Virus record (IMG/VR): IMGVR_UViG_3300028887_000103
Span: 1-64,000 of that record
DNA: 64,000 nt
Source of the DNA: a virus
Lineage: Duplodnaviria; Caudoviricetes
Direction: 5' to 3' (one strand)
The position numbers and the translations under genes were made by a program. Position 1 is the first letter of the stretch; each line of letters begins with the position of its first letter. Positions 8,642-16,900 of this stretch are shown here, in pieces. The notes under the pieces were generated by a model that was not told the DNA's origin, ran no database searches, and was given only the letters and a program-made list of their open reading frames with translations.

Positions 8642-10759
8642 GTGAATATTGTCAAGAATCAAGTTGAAGTCACTAAGAACTCCTACAATGATGAAGGTGA
8701 AGGAATTGTATCCTTCCCGAATGGACTTTGTATCTCGGACAATAATGTCCAGAGAAACGGCACTAGATATGACATTGATACTTTGGATATTTCCAAGTAT
8801 CAAGGACAACTTACTGCCGACCACGAAGACAAGCTAAAGAATATTATCGGTCGAGTGGAAGGGGTGAGTAAGAAGAATGGTCGTTTGACTGTGAATAAAA
8901 TTGTCTATGCCGTCAAACAGAATCCTTACGCTAGATTGGCGTATGACCTTCTCGTAGGAGGCTTTTCTAATGCCTTCAGCACCGAAACAGTAGGACCTTC
9001 TGCAAACGATATGGATGGAACTCTGTATAATCACGAGTTGGTCGGTCTATCTCAAGTAGTTTGCCCGAATAACTATTCAGCTGTGATAAATACAGTTCGT
9101 AACTCGCTAGAGAAATCTAGACAGGATGGACTTGATGTTACCGGAATAGCTGAAGAGTTCCTAAATGTTAAAAAGGAAGAAAACGAAATGGACGAAGAAT
9201 CCAAAAAAGTCGTAGATGAAGTTGAAATCAAAGAAGTCAACGAAGATGGCACTGTAGAAGCCGTTGTCGAAGGTGAAGAGACTACTCTTGAACCAGCCGA
9301 CGAGGAAACTAAAGAGGCTATCGAGGAAGAAGAGGAAACTGAAGCAGAAGCTGAAGAGGAAATTGAACAAATTGAGGTCGATAACGAAATCTCTGATGCA
9401 GAAGTGAAAGAACTCTTTGCTAAGATTGATAATCTTACCAGCTTAGTAGAAAAAGCTACGGCTGTAGAAGAACCCACTGTAGAGGGTGTTGAGGAAATTG
9501 TCGAAGATGACCTTAACGAAACTACAGATAAAGTAGAAAATAATATAGAGGAAACTCAAATGGACGAAGAGAAAATCCAGAATGCTGTTGCAGAGGCTCT
9601 CAAGGGTTATTTTGCAAATGCAACCCCAGCAACTGCTCCAGAATTCAAAAAAGATGAAAATAGCGTTGCTTTCGCTGATATGTCGTGGAAAGACCGCTAT
9701 AACAAGCAGGTTAACGCTGCTTGGGAAGCCTTCCGTGCTGGCTCTATTGAAGCACGCAAAACCCTCAATGAGATTAACGAGGTCAACCTCGGTGCTCTCA
9801 AGGCTGAGGGTATCGCAAAGAACTCAATGACAATTGCGTCGATGGGTAACTTTGTGATTCCACCGGAGATGTATAAAGAAATCATCGGTAAAAGAACTGA
9901 TTACACTGCTATTATCAAAGCCACCAACTGGCGTGAGACTGATAGCCTAGAGTTCGCTTGGTTGAAGAGAAACGGTGACATTGATATGAAGAATGTTGCC
10001 CTCTGCGATGATGGCGAGGATGGTAATCTCAAACCAATTTCTGAATACACTGCCGAACCACAAACCAGCAAACTAGAGGAAATGGCTGCTGTTACTGTTG
10101 TCTGTAACGCCGCTACCCGTTTCTTCGCTGTTGATTTGTTAGCTGATGTCGCTGCTGGTTATCGCAATGACTATGACCGCAAGCGTGCTCAGTTGGTAAT
10201 TGCCCGTCTTGAGCAGGCTGTTCTTGAGAGTCAACAGAGTGTTGACTATGCTCCAAGCACTGATACCGAAGCGATGGTTGCTTGGCTACAGGCAATTGCT
10301 GAGATTTCTGACGCTACCGTCAATGGAACTCTCATCTTCAACAACAAGACCTTTGCACAGCTCAAAGCTCACGCTCTTGAAGCTGGCGTAAATGGTCCTC
10401 TTTCACACATCTTTACCGATGGTGAAATCCCACAAATCTTTGGAACCCCATACATTGTCGTTCCTAACGATTTGATGCCAACAATTGAATCTTCTGATGC
10501 TATCGCCTTTACGGTTGATGGTGAGGAAGTGCCTATCACTCACGCTGTGTTCTATGCTGACCTTAGCGAGTTCGTAGGTTACACTTCTGGTGGCTTACAA
10601 TATGATGTGGCTACCGAGGCTTCTTATGAAGTCAATGGAACTGTCCGTTCTGCATACCAGAGGAATGAATTGGTGCTCCGTGGCTCCTTCTTCCGTGGTG
10701 GTGCAATCAAGGATGTGACTCGTGTATCTGGTATCAAGCAACTTGCTACCGAGTCTTAA
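8642..10759 (+). CDS. Prohead protease - acidic scaffold - HK97-fold major capsid protein fusion
   Basis: N-terminal protease-like region (LTADHEDK..IIGRV..FSTET), Glu-rich linker, capsid-like C-terminal part (GNFVIPPEM..YQRNELVLRG); directly upstream of connector genes. Confidence 0.85.
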   Translation: MNIVKNQVEVTKNSYNDEGEGIVSFPNGLCISDNNVQRNGTRYDIDTLDISKYQGQLTADHEDKLKNIIGRVEGVSKKNGRLTVNKIVYAVKQNPYARLAYDLLVGGFSNAFSTETVGPSANDMDGTLYNHELVGLSQVVCPNNYSAVINTVRNSLEKSRQDGLDVTGIAEEFLNVKKEENEMDEESKKVVDEVEIKEVNEDGTVEAVVEGEETTLEPADEETKEAIEEEEETEAEAEEEIEQIEVDNEISDAEVKELFAKIDNLTSLVEKATAVEEPTVEGVEEIVEDDLNETTDKVENNIEETQMDEEKIQNAVAEALKGYFANATPATAPEFKKDENSVAFADMSWKDRYNKQVNAAWEAFRAGSIEARKTLNEINEVNLGALKAEGIAKNSMTIASMGNFVIPPEMYKEIIGKRTDYTAIIKATNWRETDSLEFAWLKRNGDIDMKNVALCDDGEDGNLKPISEYTAEPQTSKLEEMAAVTVVCNAATRFFAVDLLADVAAGYRNDYDRKRAQLVIARLEQAVLESQQSVDYAPSTDTEAMVAWLQAIAEISDATVNGTLIFNNKTFAQLKAHALEAGVNGPLSHIFTDGEIPQIFGTPYIVVPNDLMPTIESSDAIAFTVDGEEVPITHAVFYADLSEFVGYTSGGLQYDVATEASYEVNGTVRSAYQRNELVLRGSFFRGGAIKDVTRVSGIKQLATES

Positions 10760-10787
10760 TCAGATTTAACAAACAAAGGATTTTAGC

Positions 10788-11492
10788 GTGGACTTAGAAG
10801 AATATGAAAAACTGATGGGAATAGTTATTCCCGATAGTAAAAAAGTTTACTTTGAGGCTCAGATTAAAAGAGTTCAAACCAAACTTGAGTCGTTACTAGG
10901 CTTCACGCTAAAAGCCTCGAACCTTTACACAGAATTGGGCAAAGCACAGAGGGAATGCGTTTGTCCAGATATTCCACAATCTGAAACTTTACTTCCTGCA
11001 GATGAAGTGAAGGGAATTATCAAAATCTTTCCTTACAATTCAAAAGACAAGTTCCTGCACGTTGACCCGTTCTTGGATGTCTATAATGTGAAACTTGGTA
11101 AAGTGACCGAAGATAAAAAGTTTATTACTTTCAAGACCTTTGAGTTCTATACTAAGCATTTTATGGCACAAGGTATCGGTAAATATGTTGAAAAATGCAA
11201 AACTTGTTTCTGCGATTGCGAGTGTAAAGATTGTATCCAGCTAATAGTAGATGCTGACTGGGTCGATTTCACTGATGAAGAGTCAGATATACCAGATGAC
11301 CTATTATATCTCTGGTGCGATATGATTAACTACTATGCTGACCCTACCAAAGATATTAAGAGCGAATCAGTGGATGGTCATTCTTGGTCAAAAGGTGATA
11401 TTAAACCACCTGAAGAGTTGATTGAAAATAAACTTATTCTAGAGAAATATGCCGGTCCGTATGGTTCTATAACCCGGATACCAACAATATGA
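10788..11492 (+). CDS. Head-tail connector/adaptor protein
   Basis: Position after MCP; IKSESVDGHSWS motif typical of adaptors. Confidence 0.7.
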   Translation: MDLEEYEKLMGIVIPDSKKVYFEAQIKRVQTKLESLLGFTLKASNLYTELGKAQRECVCPDIPQSETLLPADEVKGIIKIFPYNSKDKFLHVDPFLDVYNVKLGKVTEDKKFITFKTFEFYTKHFMAQGIGKYVEKCKTCFCDCECKDCIQLIVDADWVDFTDEESDIPDDLLYLWCDMINYYADPTKDIKSESVDGHSWSKGDIKPPEELIENKLILEKYAGPYGSITRIPTI

Positions 11493-11875
11493 ATCTACTA
11501 CTAGAATATAAAGACCCCGTCCTGCTGATTGAAACTGGTCAAGATGAATACGGAGATAATGCGATTATTCACGTTGAACATCTTAACGGTTTATTCAGAC
11601 TAGGTGCTTCACAAAACGAAGCAAATTATGTAGAGGCACTAGGGACCGATGCTCATATCTATCTTGATATTGAAAATCCCTTCGTAAAGGAAAATGCTTA
11701 CCGTCTAGAGGGAATGTATATCGTGGCTAACTTACACGGTGGAAAGCAGAACCAAGCGTGGTATAAGATTTCAAGTTGCGTCTTAGGGCAAAGAAAACTC
11801 TTGGACAACGATTTGAATAATATCCACTGCAGACTAACTAAATGTTCTGCTCTAGAAGATTTGGAGGAGTCATAA
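11489..11875 (+). CDS. Head closure (stopper) protein
   Basis: Synteny; ETGQDEYGD motif. Confidence 0.55.
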   Translation: MNLLLEYKDPVLLIETGQDEYGDNAIIHVEHLNGLFRLGASQNEANYVEALGTDAHIYLDIENPFVKENAYRLEGMYIVANLHGGKQNQAWYKISSCVLGQRKLLDNDLNNIHCRLTKCSALEDLEES

Positions 11876-12231
11876 TGGGAATGACAACTCACTTATATCT
11901 AGATACAGTGCCACAGCAAGTTCAAAATGCTTGTCAGATTGCTATAAGAATGATGATGGAAGATACTCATAACTTGTCTACCCAGATAACCCCTTATAAA
12001 GAAGGTGCGTTGAGGACATCAGTGACAAAACAGATGCCTTCTCCGATGCTGGGTATAATGACTTGGAATGTTCCTTATGCTCAATACCAAGAAAGAGGAA
12101 TGAGGGCAGATGGAACCCACGTTGTCCGACACTATACTACACCAGGAACTCACGCACATTTCGTTCAAGAGTCAGTTGAAAAAGTAGTAGCAAGAATACC
12201 AGAGTATCTTAGAATGGGAGGGCTAGTATGA
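11875..12231 (+). CDS. Neck/minor capsid protein (HK97 gp10-like)
   Basis: TPYKEGALRTS..VPYAQYQERG..TTPGTHAHF. Confidence 0.75.
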   Translation: MGMTTHLYLDTVPQQVQNACQIAIRMMMEDTHNLSTQITPYKEGALRTSVTKQMPSPMLGIMTWNVPYAQYQERGMRADGTHVVRHYTTPGTHAHFVQESVEKVVARIPEYLRMGGLV

Positions 12232-12638
12232 CACTACTGCAATCGTTTGTGAAGTTTATTGAAGAAAAAGGTTATGGAGTATCTGGGCAAAACATTTATC
12301 TGTATAGAGTGCCCAATTCAAAGAAAACAGAAACAGAAGTTCTGTGGCTAATTCCGACAGGTGGATATCCTGCCTCCACAAATAAAACTGGGGAAATGAT
12401 AAAAACCTATCAAATACTAATCTACTATCGAAGCAATAGTGCTAGAAAGGTAGATGAAGTGTTGAATGACCTGGAACAAACTCTGAACTGTGCACATTGT
12501 GTCAGTTTAGAAGGTTTCGAGCTGGTCGGTATAAAGGCTACACAACTGCCTGCCGACCAAGACCTCGATTCAGAAAACCGAATGACTGGAAGTATCAACT
12601 GCCAGATTGAGGTTTACAAGAGTTGTGAAAAAAGTTAA
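12228..12638 (+). CDS. Tail terminator/completion protein
   Basis: Synteny immediately before tail tube gene. Confidence 0.6.
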   Translation: MTLLQSFVKFIEEKGYGVSGQNIYLYRVPNSKKTETEVLWLIPTGGYPASTNKTGEMIKTYQILIYYRSNSARKVDEVLNDLEQTLNCAHCVSLEGFELVGIKATQLPADQDLDSENRMTGSINCQIEVYKSCEKS

Positions 12639-12664
12639 ACAACTAATAGAAGGAAATTCAAAAG

Positions 12665-13150
12665 ATGTTAGTAAAAGGACCATTTTCAATCAAATGGGGT
12701 GAAAACCCTGTTGTAGATGTTTCGGAAATCGGTTTCAACTACGATGTTGCGACCAACGACTATCAAACTGTTGATGGACGAACTTACACGGTTGATGGTG
12801 CAATCACCGCTTCTATTGACCTAACGCTTCTTGCGTCTGATGTGGAAGCCTTGTCTGCGATTCTCCCTCAGTATTATGTTGCTGAAGGCGAAACGATGTC
12901 AACTGGTGAGACTGCTCCAGAAGGCGGTGCGATTGATATTGTCGCTGCTCAGTGTGATACCACCAATACGAACTATGACCTCGATATCATTTCTTGTAAC
13001 GGGGAAGTTACTCGCTTGGTGAATGCTCGCACGAGCCTTTCAACGGTTGATATTGCTGATAACGCTCTTAGAACTGTTACGATTACCTTCCGTGGTGAGC
13101 CGGAACAGGGCGAAGGCATTATTCAGTTCTTCAAGAATGCCGAATCTTAA
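12665..13150 (+). CDS. Major tail (tube) protein
   Basis: Synteny, size, followed by strong terminator and chaperone genes. Confidence 0.7.
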   Translation: MLVKGPFSIKWGENPVVDVSEIGFNYDVATNDYQTVDGRTYTVDGAITASIDLTLLASDVEALSAILPQYYVAEGETMSTGETAPEGGAIDIVAAQCDTTNTNYDLDIISCNGEVTRLVNARTSLSTVDIADNALRTVTITFRGEPEQGEGIIQFFKNAES

Positions 13151-13164
13151 TCGTAAGATTAACG

Positions 13165-13194
13165 AAAAGACCTCTAAATATAGGGGTCTTTTTT
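13165..13194 (+). terminator. Intrinsic terminator (possibly bidirectional)
   Basis: AAAAGACCTC..GGGGTCTTTTTT. Confidence 0.8.
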
Positions 13195-13356
13195 GTGGCA
13201 TTGAAAATCTCTTCTATGCTATAATAGTGGTAGATATAAATAAAGCGTTTCTGAGGCTTTTTCTTACAACTAGTATAAAGTATCGTCTTTGATACGAGAA
13301 GGCTCTTAGAGGCGATAATAAAGCCATTTAACGGCAAATAGAAAGGACAGAACCAG

Positions 13357-13686
13357 ATGAGTTCACGAATTAACCTTAACGACAACACAAACGATAGGTT
13401 TGAGTTTTCTATCGGCGGATTGGATTATGATTTCAGATATCCGACTTTGGAAGAAATTGACCCTATCACGGACCTCTATAAAGAACGGGAAAAGGCTGAA
13501 AAAGAAGGCACCCCTGAGAGTGTAGAAAAAATTGCAGAGATTGACAAAAAACTTACTGATACTCTGTATAGTCTAGTGATTCCAGTCAATCATTCAACTC
13601 CTATTCAGGAAACATTGAAAAAACAACCTTATCCTGTGGTTCGTGCTTTTAACAAGATGATGACAGACCAACTATCGGCGGAGTAA
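13357..13686 (+). CDS. Tail assembly chaperone
   Basis: Between tail tube and tape measure; SD GAAAGGA. Confidence 0.65.
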   Translation: MSSRINLNDNTNDRFEFSIGGLDYDFRYPTLEEIDPITDLYKEREKAEKEGTPESVEKIAEIDKKLTDTLYSLVIPVNHSTPIQETLKKQPYPVVRAFNKMMTDQLSAE

Positions 13687-13691
13687 ATTAA

Positions 13692-13976
13692 ATGGCAGGG
13701 GGTGAAAAAAGGATAGTAGCCAAGTCTATCCACCCGACAAGTAGCGAGACCAATAAGAGGGAACTGTGGGCGACAGTATGTTATCACTACCCACAATACA
13801 CCTTAAAAGAGGCTTCCCAACTATCAGTTCGGGATATAAAGTTACTCTTAAGAGTAGCAGAAAAGATAGATGCTAAAAATAAATACGACTTTACACAAAT
13901 AGCGGCTGCTCCCCATACTAAGAAAGGCTCTGGTGTTAAGAAATTAACTGAACATTTTGAAAAACAAATGAAATAA
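13692..13976 (+). CDS. Second tail assembly chaperone-like protein
   Basis: Directly upstream of tape measure. Confidence 0.55.
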   Translation: MAGGEKRIVAKSIHPTSSETNKRELWATVCYHYPQYTLKEASQLSVRDIKLLLRVAEKIDAKNKYDFTQIAAAPHTKKGSGVKKLTEHFEKQMK

Positions 13977-13991
13977 CACAAGGGATTACAA

Positions 13992-16900
13992 ATGGCGATA
14001 GACGGTGGCTCTGTTGAAATACGATTTGAAGGAGATGTTGCACCTCTTAGACGGAGTGTTGAAGAGGCTGTAGAGAGTTTAGAAAGTGTCAGTGAGGCTG
14101 CTTCTGATGTAGATGCCCAACTTTCTAAATCAGGATTTGATGGATTCGGCAAGAAAGCCAGACAAGAGTTTGGCGAGTTTGCTGATTCTGCTAGAGAAGC
14201 GTTTGCAGATGCTTATGATGCTGCAGATGATTTTTCTGGCCAGTTAAAAAATATCGGAACTTTGCTAAAGAATATTGGTTTTGGTGCTTTAACTGCAGGT
14301 GCCACTGCTGCTGCAGGTTCTTTAGTTAAGATGGCTAAAGGTGCTATTGCTGATACCTCTGCTCTTGAAAATATTCAGATTCAGATGATTGGCTTGACAC
14401 ACTCTGTTGAAGCAGGTAATCAAGCGATGGCTATGGCTGTCAAGTATTTCAAGAATAACCCGTTCAACCGCTTTGAAGTAACTACTGCCACTAAAAGTCT
14501 TATTCAGTTTGGTGCCGAGTTAAAAGAAATTCCTAACTTGCTTGATAAATTGGGTAAGGTATCTTTGTCCACGGGTGCTAAAATTGATACTTTGGCTTAC
14601 TACTACCAGAGGATGATTTCTGATGGGCGTATTAACACTATGGACCTTCTGCAGTTGAATAACCAAGATGTTCCGATTATAGGTGCTTTGGCAGATAGAT
14701 TGAAAACTACCTCTGGACAAATTCGTGAGTTAGCATCAAAAGGCAAGATTTCTGTTGAAGATTTCAAAGCCGCTTTCGAGTCGCTAGCAGATTCAGATGC
14801 TATGGAGAGGTTCAATGCAACCTTGTCCCGTCAGATTGATAGGTTCAAAGGTAGAATGTCCAATATGAAGGCTGCTCTTGCTGGGTATACTACCTCAATG
14901 ACTGGAGGCTTGGAAATCGCTGAAAATGGGTTATACAGGGCTGCTACTAGATTTTTGAAAACCTTTGCCGACATAATGGATAGCGAAACTGGTCAAAGGA
15001 TTTATTCAGGCTTTGAAAAAATAGGGAATGCACTAGGTAAAGTCATTCAGCAGATTACTGATATGATGGAACCAGCGATGAATGCGTTTAGTAGGATGCT
15101 TGACTTCCTAGGTGATAACTCTGAACTTTTGATACCTATTCTCGGTGGACTGATAGTTGCTCTAGGAAGACTGGGAAGTTTCTTACCGGGAATTGGCCCT
15201 GTTATTGATAAAGTTAGCAGAAGTTTCGGAGGTTTAGGGCAAAGCATCAAAGATTTAGTTAGCACTCATCCTCTTTTGTCCGCTTTAGTTGCATTACTCG
15301 GTGTTGGGTTTATGGAAGCCATCAAGAATGATGAAGATTTCAAGAACACTATTTCCGAACTTGTGGGTGCTCTTAAAGATTTGATTTCTAATCTGATGGA
15401 GGCTGTGAGAGGTGTTTTGCCAGTCTTTGTCAATATGATAAAAGAATTGGCCAGTTCTGGTGCGATAAAGACAGTTCTGCAGGTAGTAGCGTCCACCCTG
15501 TCAATGATTGCTAAAGCGATAGCGAGCATCCCTCCAGAAGTGTTAGCAGGGCTGATGTCCTTCTTCTTGAGTTTGAAGTTGATAAACGCTAGCCCGATTA
15601 TGTTTGCTGTAACGGCTATAACGCTGTTGATTCAGTATATTAAAGAATTGGGTGGCATAAGTAAAATCTTTGAAAATCTACCTGAAAAGTTAAATACTAT
15701 CGGTCATAATATAATGACTGGGCTATTCAACGGGATAAGAGAAGGTGCGAGTAAAGTCATCAACTTTGTAAAGCAGGTAGCGTCTTCAATTCTTACTACT
15801 TTCAAGAATATGTTTGGTATCCACTCACCATCTACCGTGATGTATGATATGGGTATCAATATGGGGTTAGGTTTAGCCGAAGGTATCACTAACAGTGAGG
15901 ATGTTGTCCAAGTGGCAATGACAAACCTAGCAGAAGATATCTTAAAGTTAAGTGAAAAGATTATCGCTAACAAGGTTGACTTTGGAATCTTGGATATCAA
16001 TGCCGAGTACAAAGAGTGGAGGAAAGTATCAAAACTCTTTACGGAAGGCTCTGAGCAATATAACTATGCCATTGGTAAAATGGAAGAGGCTCGCAAGAAA
16101 GCAAATCTTAAGATTCTAGAATTACAGCAATCCTACAATAATGCACTTGACAATACTATAGATAAGATTGCGTCGATGTATGGTCTCTTTGACGAAGTGA
16201 ATCTTGGCGGTAGTAAGAATTCAAATCAAATCTTGAAAAATCTAGATAAACAAGTTGCTAAGATGCAAGAGTGGGCTGAGGCTCAAAAGAGTATTGCTAA
16301 TCTTGGTCTAGATGATGAATTGGTTAAAGAACTCCAAGCAATGGGAATAAATGCTACGGGCGAATTGAGTGCTATTGCCCAGATGACTTCTGATGAACTT
16401 AGCACTTTGAATGATATGTGGCTGAAGAAGCAATCTATTGCTAATGACGAAGGTGTCCGCCAGATGACCGACCTCAAGGAAGACACCCTAGAGCAAATCA
16501 ACCAGTTGAAAAATGGTGTAGATGGCACTACAGTAGATATTGAAGATGTCGGTGGTAGATTGGTTGAGAACATTGCCGAGGGTGTTTATGGTGCTATGCC
16601 TACGCTAGAAAGTGCGTTAGACCAACTTGGCGATTACATTGAAAAAGCCAAGAGAGAACTAGCGAAGTCTGGCGGTGTTGGCACAGACACTACAGGTGGG
16701 GGTGTTAACACCAATGGCACTGATGATTTAGTTAGTGGGATTAAAGAAGGTATCACTGCCAATCTTGAAAAAGTCAAGAGTATGCTTCCGAATATTATAC
16801 TAGGGGCTATTGGTGCTTGGGGAGTAGTGAAGTTTGGTCCGAAAGTAGTAAAGGCTCTGTTCAACAAAATTGGGCAAGGTTTGTTGAACGGTGGGCTTGG

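Noticed and set aside
13600-13692. Programmed -1 frameshift joining the two tail chaperones (G/GT type)
   Set aside because: The -1 frame has TAA at 13650-13652 and at 13689-13691, immediately before the second ATG, so no fusion is possible
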